Shown piece by piece: positions 1 to 8,118 of a stretch of 64,000 bases of DNA (the stretch's first letter is position 1; each line of letters begins with the position of its first letter). The notes below the pieces were generated by a model. It made no database searches and was not told the DNA's origin. It saw only the letters and a program-made list of their open reading frames with translations. The DNA comes from Minisyncoccota bacterium (lineage in GTDB: Bacteria; Patescibacteriota; Minisyncoccia; Phycocordibacterales; UBA9973). The position numbers and the translations under genes were made by a program. The stretch is from the NCBI GenBank assembly GCA_041666225.1, contig JBAYHJ010000002.1:23446-87445 (forward strand). The letters are read 5' to 3'.

Positions 1-360
1 AGAAATAAAGTCAGTAGCTTTTGTATATTCTGTAGCTGGCAAGATATTTAAAGTGTCACGATCTTTATAAAAAACATCAGTATAAAATGTTGTAAATTCT
101 TTTAGACTTTTGCCTTCTTTTTGGGATTCACGAATAGTCTTATCATCAACATCTGTAATATTCATAATATGCTTAACATTGTAACCTGTATGTGTCAGAT
201 AACGTTTAAGCATATCAGAAAAAACATACGCCCTAAAATTACCAATATGTGCATGACTATAGACAGTAGGCCCGCAAGTATACAAGCCTACGTTCATTCC
301 TGATATTGGTTTGAATTCTTCTTTCTCCCTTGATAGTGTGTTATATAATTTTAAGGTCAT
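1..360 (-). CDS. cysS: cysteinyl-tRNA synthetase, N-terminal part; the gene continues past the left window edge
   Basis: Reverse-complement translation from the ATG at 358-360 gives MTLKLYNTLSREKEEFKPISGMNVGLYTCGPTVYSHAHIGNFRAYVFSDMLKRYL, which contains the class I HIGN motif. Not in the ORF track because it is truncated by the window edge. Confidence 0.8.
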   Translation of the reverse strand, partial: MTLKLYNTLSREKEEFKPISGMNVGLYTCGPTVYSHAHIGNFRAYVFSDMLKRYLTHTGYNVKHIMNITDVDDKTIRESQKEGKSLKEFTTFYTDVFYKDRDTLNILPATEYTKATDFIS

Positions 361-692
361 ATACATATTATTATACCTTGTAAGGTTATTTTTACAAAAT
401 TATATTATTTACAACAAAAAAAATAAAGATAAAAAAAATGGTTTTTGTTACAATGATAATACTTTGAAAATAAGTATATTTTTGCTATATTCAAGCCATG
501 ACACTTAGTTTAGGAATGGCGTGAGCACACCTCGACATGCTATTCCGTTCTCCTTCACTATAGAATTACCACCACCACTTAAGAGTGGGGTAAATTATGG
601 GTTTTTGAGTTACAAAAAATAACTATATGCTCTATATACATTTAGATTATAATACTTTTAAAATTGTACATAAAGTATTATAATCTAAATGT

Positions 693-866
693 ATGGACGA
701 TGAACGAAATAAAGGCAAGGAGGATAATAAGACTAAATTAGATTCACTTTTTAGTCTTTTGAGTAAAAAAAACTCTATTATAAAAAAATATCGAAAGAAG
801 TTTGAGGACTTGAAAATCGGTCAAATTAGAAATGGCATAGATGGCAATAATTACAAAAATGAATGA
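693..866 (+). CDS. hypothetical 57-aa Lys-rich protein, possible leaderless first gene of the operon
   Basis: The ATG at 693 lies 8 nt after TATAAT (679-684). The ORF MDDERNKGKEDNKTKLDSLFSLLSKKNSIIKKYRKKFEDLKIGQIRNGIDGNNYKNE ends at TGA 864-866 and overlaps the start of the 1160-aa gene. It is below the track size cutoff. Confidence 0.3.
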   Translation: MDDERNKGKEDNKTKLDSLFSLLSKKNSIIKKYRKKFEDLKIGQIRNGIDGNNYKNE

Positions 867-3800
867 AAAACAGGAACAATTCAAACAATTAAGAGATTCT
901 CGTTTAGATAATGAGCGTTTATTGGAAGATAAAAAATCGCTTGAATTAAAAAAGGGCGAGATGAACAAAGAGGATTGGGAATTAAAAGCCAGGTCAATAG
1001 AAATTGAAATTCTAAAAACAAGAGGCGATATATATAAACTTGAGGAAACTTTGGGGTTAGATAAAAACGATCCCGAAGTTAAAAAAATAGAAGAAGAAGC
1101 TTTTACTGAAATTAATGAACTTGAAAAAGATTTTGAAAAAGTCATTGTAAGTGAAAGTACTGAAGATAAAGAATTTTTTGAAGAGATAGATGAATTAGCA
1201 AGTTGCATAAATAAGATAACAGATAAGGTTTATCAGAGGGGTTATTCTGTTGAGACACTTGAAAATCTAAGAAATTCTGAAAATATTAATGAAAAAGAAT
1301 TTTATAATGAAATAGAGTTAGATTTTGAAAAATTTAATGGGGACTCAAAAATAAAAAATTTAAAAGAGAAAAATTCAAATTTGATGCTTGACCTTCTGAT
1401 TCTAAAAATAAAAGATGAATATTTTAAAAATTATTTTTTAGTGGATTTTTCTGGTGATGAGAATATTCCACATTCTAAAATAGTTGATATTTTTATTCAT
1501 AATATTCCTAAAAATAAGGACACGAGGTCTTATAAAGATTTAGAGGACTCAGTTAATGATAGATTAACTAAGGAAAAAAGAAATGCACTTTTAAATCTTC
1601 CAGCAGAAGAAGTGCTTGATATTGTTTTAGATGATCCAGAAATATTATCTTCAGATTTAGAAAGAAATTTGTCATCAAAAGTATCAGATTTATGCCAATC
1701 ATATTTAAACGCAAATAATTTAAATGGAGTTAAAAGAATATTGGAGAAAATATTAAAAATTAAAGAGAATAAAGATATTAGTATTACTTCATTTTTACCC
1801 AAAATCAACACCTCACTTAATTTTAATGAGGAAGAAACAATTGCAATATTTTCAGGTGAAATGCCTGAATGGATTTTTGACAGATATTGTGATTCTATAA
1901 TTTGCAGTCCTTTCATTAGTTTGGTTCCTGAGAAATACATAAAAGAAAAATATTTTCATGGAGAAATTATTGTTGTATTTCCACTAACAAAAGAATCTAT
2001 AAAACAAGGTTTAGATAAAAATGGTTTAATTTTTTCAGATTTATCACCAGAAGAAAAAATTATTTGTTTAGAAAAAGGGGAAGATAATATGATTGATATT
2101 TTTTCAGTTGATGATTTAAAACAGATATTAAGTTTTGGAAAATATATTGATATAGATAAAATTCCAAAAAAATATCAGACTGAACTTAAGTATGATATAA
2201 TCGACAATTTATTCAATAATAGAAATTTAGACCATCTTGAGATTTTAAAGAAGGTATCTAAGGAATTAAACTTAAATTTTAAAGATTTATCAGATGAAAA
2301 AAACATTTCTATTTTAAATAAAATAAATTACAGCAGTGATATTGTTTCATTATTTGATCCACAAAATCTTAAAAGATTAATATTAAGAGAGGATTCTGAA
2401 TTTGAGAGTTCATATGGTTTAGAAAATTTGTTAAATATTACAGGATTAACTGTATCAGATTTTTCAGAAGCTAAACAAATCAAAATTTTTTATAAAGTTC
2501 GCTGGAGTGTAAATAAAATAAAAAATATATTTTCAATTGATGATTTACGTAAAATTGTAATAAATAAGGACATAAATCTTGATTTTGATAATATACCAAA
2601 TGAATATATTGATGGTCTAAGTAATGAAATAATCGAAATGCTGAGAAGAAAAGGAGACCTTTCTTTTGAAAAAAATAAAGTGACAAGGGAATGGTTTTTT
2701 GAAAAATTAAAAGAAAGAATAGAAAAAGATGATAATTTCGAAATTGAAAAAGATAGATATAAAAATCTTAAACGAATAAATAGAATTCAAGAATCTTTTT
2801 GGCTTTTAGATAGTCAAGAAAAATTGCCACCTCAAATAATTGAAAAATTTAATATTTTCAAAGAAAAATATGGGAAAAAGGGTGAGGGTTTAATTTCTCT
2901 TTCTATTGTGGCTCATGGGCTTGAAAATATTAATCAAACAGTCATAGAAATCGAAAAAATGGAACAAGTTATTGATTTATACGATAAAGAAAACATTCCA
3001 GAAGGGATGAGGGGTACATATGGTTTTGAATATGAAGTTGGTACAGAGCATGGTAAGTTATACGATGAAGAAAGTATATTAGGGTACGCGATTGAAGCAG
3101 AACTAATTGGAAGATCATCAAATATTAAACGAGGGGGTGGTGGTTCAGGTTCTATTTATGAACACTCAACTACTCCTACCGATAATCCATACATCGTCAT
3201 GGTTGAGATGGACTTACTTCAAAAAGCTAGAATGATTGACCCAAATGCAAAAGAATTTCCAGGTAGTTCGAGAGGGTACCATTTAAACCTCGGAGGAGAA
3301 AATGGTTTAACTTTATCTGAAAATATGTATTTTTTTGAAAATACGATGTATCTGACAGGGTTAAATAGTTTAAAAACAGGAATGGAAGTTAGTTCAATTA
3401 AAAATATACACCAAAAATTATTAGATAAAGTTTTTGAAAAAAAACAGGGTGGGGATAGGGTTGAAATAAAAAGCATGGGATTTGATTGTGTGGAACAATT
3501 TAATCGTGCTATTTTATCTGCTCACAATACTGTGATAGCGGTTCAGTTGGCAGAAAAATATCAACTAAATCCTTCTTTTGAAATATTAGAAAAATTACCT
3601 AATAATATTGAGGATTTTGATTCATTTCTTTTGTCTATTAATGACTTTGAGGAAAAAATATTTGATTCAGAACAAGAAAAGCAAATTGTTTATGCTTGGT
3701 TGAAGTTTAAAAAAGAAACATTTTTAGCAATAAAACAACACAATAACTCATTTGTTCAAAGTGAATTTGAAGGATCATTTTTTAATGAAAAAGGAGAATA

Positions 3801-4323
3801 TGTTGAGACTACTGAGAACATTGATTTGAAGGGGAACAATCAAACTATAAAAGATTTGGGTATTAATTTAAATTCAGGTGAATTTAAAAAAATTTATCAA
3901 ATTCCTGAAGATTGCTTAAATAGCGAAACATACACCAAAGAATTATCTAATTCATTAACTCGCGTGAATAATATATTTATATTTAAAGAACCAGTTTTAT
4001 CAGAAGGTAAATTTAGCGTTAACCCAATAACTAAGCAAAGACAATTAAAACCTGAACAGATAGCTAACGCGTATGCTTTCTTGACTGGAATGAGGGGGGA
4101 GGGTTACATAAAAGATATTCCAGGAAGTCCTTTTGATTCAATTATTGATACTGGGGGTAAAATTAGAGATGGATATTATTATGTTCAGAAGGCCTCAGAA
4201 GAAATGATTACTCATAAATCACAAATAATTTTAAATCGATTTAACAAAGAAATGGAGGAATTATTAACAAACTCAGTCGAAGAAGATGCGAATAAACAGA
4301 AACAATATGAAAGAGCAATATAG
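841..4323 (+). CDS. large hypothetical protein (1160 aa); Glu/Lys-rich coiled-coil N-terminus and an uncharacterised C-terminal region
   Basis: Long uninterrupted ORF. The first ~130 aa are E/K-rich heptad-like. The C-terminal part contains TYGFEYEVGTEHG, IKRGGGGSGSIYEHSTTPTDNPYIVMVEMD and RGYHLNLGGENG. I recognise no family with confidence. Confidence 0.7.
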   Translation: MAIITKMNEKQEQFKQLRDSRLDNERLLEDKKSLELKKGEMNKEDWELKARSIEIEILKTRGDIYKLEETLGLDKNDPEVKKIEEEAFTEINELEKDFEKVIVSESTEDKEFFEEIDELASCINKITDKVYQRGYSVETLENLRNSENINEKEFYNEIELDFEKFNGDSKIKNLKEKNSNLMLDLLILKIKDEYFKNYFLVDFSGDENIPHSKIVDIFIHNIPKNKDTRSYKDLEDSVNDRLTKEKRNALLNLPAEEVLDIVLDDPEILSSDLERNLSSKVSDLCQSYLNANNLNGVKRILEKILKIKENKDISITSFLPKINTSLNFNEEETIAIFSGEMPEWIFDRYCDSIICSPFISLVPEKYIKEKYFHGEIIVVFPLTKESIKQGLDKNGLIFSDLSPEEKIICLEKGEDNMIDIFSVDDLKQILSFGKYIDIDKIPKKYQTELKYDIIDNLFNNRNLDHLEILKKVSKELNLNFKDLSDEKNISILNKINYSSDIVSLFDPQNLKRLILREDSEFESSYGLENLLNITGLTVSDFSEAKQIKIFYKVRWSVNKIKNIFSIDDLRKIVINKDINLDFDNIPNEYIDGLSNEIIEMLRRKGDLSFEKNKVTREWFFEKLKERIEKDDNFEIEKDRYKNLKRINRIQESFWLLDSQEKLPPQIIEKFNIFKEKYGKKGEGLISLSIVAHGLENINQTVIEIEKMEQVIDLYDKENIPEGMRGTYGFEYEVGTEHGKLYDEESILGYAIEAELIGRSSNIKRGGGGSGSIYEHSTTPTDNPYIVMVEMDLLQKARMIDPNAKEFPGSSRGYHLNLGGENGLTLSENMYFFENTMYLTGLNSLKTGMEVSSIKNIHQKLLDKVFEKKQGGDRVEIKSMGFDCVEQFNRAILSAHNTVIAVQLAEKYQLNPSFEILEKLPNNIEDFDSFLLSINDFEEKIFDSEQEKQIVYAWLKFKKETFLAIKQHNNSFVQSEFEGSFFNEKGEYVETTENIDLKGNNQTIKDLGINLNSGEFKKIYQIPEDCLNSETYTKELSNSLTRVNNIFIFKEPVLSEGKFSVNPITKQRQLKPEQIANAYAFLTGMRGEGYIKDIPGSPFDSIIDTGGKIRDGYYYVQKASEEMITHKSQIILNRFNKEMEELLTNSVEEDANKQKQYERAI

Positions 4324-4741
4324 TCAATTTCAAAAAAAACTAGAAGAAATTCCTCAATTAAAACCCGAGGCTCATTTTGTTATAAATGATTCCGCACAGA
4401 AAATTTTAAACAACTCTCCTTTGAACAAAATAGAGCAAGACTCAATTGACGCCATATTTATTGAACTTGAAGAACTTGATAAAGATATTGTTAGTTATTT
4501 AATTAATCTTAAATCAAAAGGAATAATAACAAATGATGAATGTAATTTAATTGCTTCATATTTTACTGCTTCAAAGCAAATAGGTCCAGACAGTGGAGTA
4601 ATTCGGGATGCTTTTTATGGAAAAACAGTTAGTCAAGGTGAGTTTGAAGAATTAATGAAAAAAGTATCTATTCCAGAATATTCTAGCTCAATCATTTTAA
4701 ATGTTTACAAAAAAATCATCGAGAAAAATAATAAAATTTAA
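4286..4741 (+). CDS. hypothetical protein (144-151 aa), overlaps the upstream gene and is probably translationally coupled
   Basis: The ORF overlaps the 3' end of 841..4323 by 17-38 nt in another frame; the alternative start MKEQYSQ is at 4307. No recognisable domain. Confidence 0.5.
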   Translation: MRINRNNMKEQYSQFQKKLEEIPQLKPEAHFVINDSAQKILNNSPLNKIEQDSIDAIFIELEELDKDIVSYLINLKSKGIITNDECNLIASYFTASKQIGPDSGVIRDAFYGKTVSQGEFEELMKKVSIPEYSSSIILNVYKKIIEKNNKI

Positions 4742-4788
4742 TAATATTTTATATTGAAAATATTGACTTTTTCTGGTATATTTAGAAA

Positions 4789-5898
4789 ATGCTTAGTATA
4801 GGAATTGTAGGTTTACCAAATGTTGGAAAATCAACTCTGTTTAACGCTCTTACGAAGAAGGGTGTTGCGGCGGAGAATTATCCTTTCTGCACAATTGATC
4901 CATCTGTGGGTATTGTGCCTGTTCCTGACGAGCGTTTATGGAAACTTTCTGATTTTTCAAAATCAGCTAAAACTATTCCGGCGGTTATTGAATTTGTGGA
5001 TATTGCTGGTTTAGTTAAAGGTGCATCAAAAGGGGAAGGACTAGGGAATAAATTTTTAGCCAATATTCGCGAAGTAGATGCAATTTTAGAAATTGTCAGA
5101 ATTTTTCCACTAAAAAATGATAAAGGGAATGAAATTATTCATATCTATGGAGACATTGATCCACTTCGTGATATTGAAGTTATTAATCTTGAGCTTATCC
5201 TTGCGGACTTGGAAACTGTTGCAAAACGTCGGGTAAATATAAATAAAGATATTAAAAAAAATGATAAAGAAGCAATTATTGAAGATGGAGCTTTGGTAAA
5301 ACTAGAAGTTGCTTTTGAAAAAGCAGAACTTGCAAATACTGTAGAACTTAATGAAAAAGAAATGGAAAAAATAAAAATGTTAAATCTTCTTACTCTTAAG
5401 CCTTTCATTTATGGATTAAATAAACAAGGTGGAATGCAAAATTTAGATGAGATGAATCCTGAAATTTTTAAAGAATTAACTGACTATATTGAAAGTATGG
5501 GTTCACGTTTTGTTGTAATTGATGCTAAAATAGAGGAAGAATTGAAGGACTTTGAGGGGGATGAAAAAGAGATGTTTCGTAAAGAAATGGGTGGTGACGA
5601 TGATGGGATAAATCATCTCATTACTGAAGGATACAAGCTCCTTGGCCTCGATACTTATTTTACCACCGGTCTTGATGAAACAAGGGCTTGGACGATAAAA
5701 AGTGGAAGTACTGCTCCTGTGGCAGGAATGGCAATTCATACAGATTTTAAAGATAAATTTATTCGGGCGGAAGTTGTTTTTTGGAAGGATTTACTTGAAG
5801 CTGGAAGTTACCATGAGGCTAAGGCCAAGGGTAAAGTTAGAACCGAAGGAAAAGAATATATTGTGAAAAATGGAGATGTCGTAGAATTTAAAATTTAA
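4789..5898 (+). CDS. ychF: ribosome-binding ATPase YchF (Obg-family GTPase)
   Basis: MLSIGIVGLPNVGKSTLFNALT has the P-loop, followed by FVDIAGLVKGASKGEGLGNKFLANIREVDAI and the TGS-like C-terminus; 369 aa is the typical length. Confidence 0.9.
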   Translation: MLSIGIVGLPNVGKSTLFNALTKKGVAAENYPFCTIDPSVGIVPVPDERLWKLSDFSKSAKTIPAVIEFVDIAGLVKGASKGEGLGNKFLANIREVDAILEIVRIFPLKNDKGNEIIHIYGDIDPLRDIEVINLELILADLETVAKRRVNINKDIKKNDKEAIIEDGALVKLEVAFEKAELANTVELNEKEMEKIKMLNLLTLKPFIYGLNKQGGMQNLDEMNPEIFKELTDYIESMGSRFVVIDAKIEEELKDFEGDEKEMFRKEMGGDDDGINHLITEGYKLLGLDTYFTTGLDETRAWTIKSGSTAPVAGMAIHTDFKDKFIRAEVVFWKDLLEAGSYHEAKAKGKVRTEGKEYIVKNGDVVEFKI

Positions 5899-5929
5899 CA
5901 CATCTTGTAATAAATTAAAATATCTTTTT

Positions 5930-6505
5930 ATGAAAAACAGTTGGCAAAAAGCAGAAGAGATTTTAAATAAAGATGGGGTAGTTGTACTACCCACTGATAC
6001 TTTATATGGAATAATAGCTAGTGCCTTATCTAAAAAAGCTGTTGAAAAATTGTATAAGATTAAGGGTCGAATTGAAAATAAACCCTTTATTGTATTGATA
6101 AATTCTTATAAGGATTTAAATAAGTTTGGGATAAAAATAGACAGAGAACACTCTGTTTTTTTGCAAAAAATTTGGCCTGGAAAAGTTAGTGTTATTTTCC
6201 CTTGCACATTAGACAAATGGCATTATGTTCATCGTGGAGTAGAATCAATAGCACTTAGAATGATTAGTCCTAAAAACAAAAATTTATTTAATTTGATTAA
6301 TAAAGTAGGCCCACTTGTTGCACCAAGTGCAAATAAGGAAGGTGATAGAGCTGCAGAGGATATATTAGAAGCTAAAAAATATTTTGGAAATGAAGTATCT
6401 CTATATATAAATGGAGGCAACAGGAAATTTAAATCATCAACATTGGTTAAGTTTAAAAATAATAGTTGGGTTGTCTTAAGGCAAGGGGAAGTAATAATTA
6501 AGTAA
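5930..6505 (+). CDS. tsaC: L-threonylcarbamoyladenylate synthase TsaC/YrdC family
   Basis: VVLPTDTLYGIIASA followed by KIKGRIENKPFIVLI matches the Sua5/YciO/YrdC fold signature. Confidence 0.8.
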   Translation: MKNSWQKAEEILNKDGVVVLPTDTLYGIIASALSKKAVEKLYKIKGRIENKPFIVLINSYKDLNKFGIKIDREHSVFLQKIWPGKVSVIFPCTLDKWHYVHRGVESIALRMISPKNKNLFNLINKVGPLVAPSANKEGDRAAEDILEAKKYFGNEVSLYINGGNRKFKSSTLVKFKNNSWVVLRQGEVIIK

Positions 6506-6531
6506 AAAGAGTAGCTACTTGCTACTCTTTT
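6506..6531. terminator. bidirectional intrinsic terminator shared by the convergent tsaC and DUF1003 genes
   Basis: Perfect hairpin AAGAGTAGC-TACTT-GCTACTCTT flanked by A/T runs, lying between and overlapping the two stop codons. Confidence 0.6.
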
Positions 6532-7075
6532 TACTTAATTTAGGTATCTTTTTTATTTTATTTTGTTTTTTAAGTTCTATAACTTCTTCTATTAATTTTC
6601 CAAGGGAATCTTCAATTCTTCTCATTATTTCATCGTCTTTTTTTTGTTCTATTTCCTCAATATCTTCTTCTTCATTAATCTCATCAACATCTTTCTGAAT
6701 CTCATCCACATCTTTTTCGATTTCTTCCACGTCTTCTTGAATCTCATCAACATCTTTCTGAATCTCATCCACGTCTTCTTGAATTTCTCCGACATCACGA
6801 GCCACAGCATGCAATTTTCTTGCTTGGCGATTTACACTCATTTGTATGAAGATAGAAAGGTAAATAGCTTCAAGAGAGACAATTGTTGTTAGAACAAGAA
6901 GAATCTTATCCATAGCTATACCATAAAAATAAAGTAAAAATGCAACGATAAATAACGTCGTATGAATAACCAATGAATTAGTAGAGCCAATCCATCTAGT
7001 TGCTCTAATAGCAATTTTATCTAGACCATCTGCTGTTTTTTTTCTTGAAACTTCCATTAGGTGTTTATTATACAC
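6515..7075 (-). CDS. DUF1003-family membrane protein with an acidic heptad-repeat tail
   Basis: The N-terminal part has two TM helices and the RQ(A/E) motif typical of DUF1003. The C-terminal part is DVDEIQK-type repeats. Confidence 0.65.
   Translation of the reverse strand: MYNKHLMEVSRKKTADGLDKIAIRATRWIGSTNSLVIHTTLFIVAFLLYFYGIAMDKILLVLTTIVSLEAIYLSIFIQMSVNRQARKLHAVARDVGEIQEDVDEIQKDVDEIQEDVEEIEKDVDEIQKDVDEINEEEDIEEIEQKKDDEIMRRIEDSLGKLIEEVIELKKQNKIKKIPKLSKKSSK
6626..6799 (-). repeat. in-frame tandem 21-bp repeats encoding heptads (DVGEIQE / DVDEIQK / DVDEIQE / DVEEIEK / DVDEIQK / DVDEINE)
   Basis: Near-identical 21-nt units are visible on the plus strand (aatctcatcaacatctttctg, aatctcatccacatctttttc and so on) across about 6655-6790. 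Confidence 0.8.
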
Positions 7076-7101
7076 TCTAATTCTGATATAATAAAGTTAT
7101 T

Positions 7102-8112
7102 ATGGAAACATCAACACAAACACACTCATTAACACCAAAGTTTTTCTTTATTTCTCTAGGCGTCATTGTGACTCTCATTACTTCTGTGTCATCATTTTTA
7201 GTTTTATTATTTGAAACCCTGAATAAAAAATTTCCTGATGTTTTAAATGGAAATTATCAATATGGCTATAGTTCGTATAGTTATGATAATATCCGTGCAA
7301 CATTAGCGATTCTTATTATATTTTTCCCCATATTTTTAGTTTTGTCATATTTTTGGAAAAAGTTATCAAAATCAGAATTGGGAGCGAAGGATAATATAAT
7401 ATTTAAATGGATGATCTACTTAGTTATTTTTATTGCTAGTCTTGTTATCGCTATTGATTTAGTAACTCTTGTAAAATATTTTGTTTCCGGAGAGATTACG
7501 AATAGATTTGTGTTTAAGGTTTTAGGCACTGCTATTGTTGCTGGTTTGGCGGGGATTAACTATTTTTATGAATTAAAAAATCACGATAAATTAGAAATTA
7601 AAAGTAGGCTTCCTGTTTTATTGGCGATTAGTTCTTTGGTATTATTTTTGGCTTTGGTCATTTGGAGTTTTAATATTATGGGTAGTCCGAAAGAGCAACG
7701 CGCTTGGCGACTTGACGATAAGAGAGTTACAGATTTACAAAACATTCAATACCAAGTTATTAATTATTGGCAACAAAAGGAAAAATTACCAATTTCTTTA
7801 TCTGAATTATCAAATCCTATGACAGGATATTCCTTGCCTGTTGATCCAGAGTTTGAAAAGGGGAATAAATATGAATATATAGCTATAGATAAGATTAATT
7901 TCGAACTTTGTGCGACTTTTACATCTCCAATTCCTAAGGGATGGCAAGAAGATAGTTATAGAGGAATTATGTATGCAACAAAATCAGATATTGCTGTATC
8001 ATCTGCTCCATATCCAAGCGGTGGTGTTAATGATTCTTGGAGTCATGAATCTGGGAGAACTTGTTTTACTCGTAATATAGATAAGGATATATATCCACCG
8101 TTCAAAAATTAA
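7102..8112 (+). CDS. hypothetical integral membrane protein with a C-terminal soluble domain
   Basis: Several hydrophobic segments occupy the first 200 aa; the hydrophilic C-terminus is W/Y-rich. No confident family assignment. Confidence 0.6.
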   Translation: METSTQTHSLTPKFFFISLGVIVTLITSVSSFLVLLFETLNKKFPDVLNGNYQYGYSSYSYDNIRATLAILIIFFPIFLVLSYFWKKLSKSELGAKDNIIFKWMIYLVIFIASLVIAIDLVTLVKYFVSGEITNRFVFKVLGTAIVAGLAGINYFYELKNHDKLEIKSRLPVLLAISSLVLFLALVIWSFNIMGSPKEQRAWRLDDKRVTDLQNIQYQVINYWQQKEKLPISLSELSNPMTGYSLPVDPEFEKGNKYEYIAIDKINFELCATFTSPIPKGWQEDSYRGIMYATKSDIAVSSAPYPSGGVNDSWSHESGRTCFTRNIDKDIYPPFKN

Positions 8113-8118
8113 AGACAT

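Noticed and set aside
380-620. T-box riboswitch leader for cysS
   Set aside because: Only a weak GTGGTGGTA resemblance to the T-box; the cysS -10 sits about 10 nt from its ATG, so the GC island is upstream of the promoter, not in the leader.
744-1208. 154-aa minus-strand ORF, Ser/Leu-rich
   Set aside because: Low-complexity antisense shadow of the AAG/GAA-rich coding strand of the 1160-aa gene; no start context.
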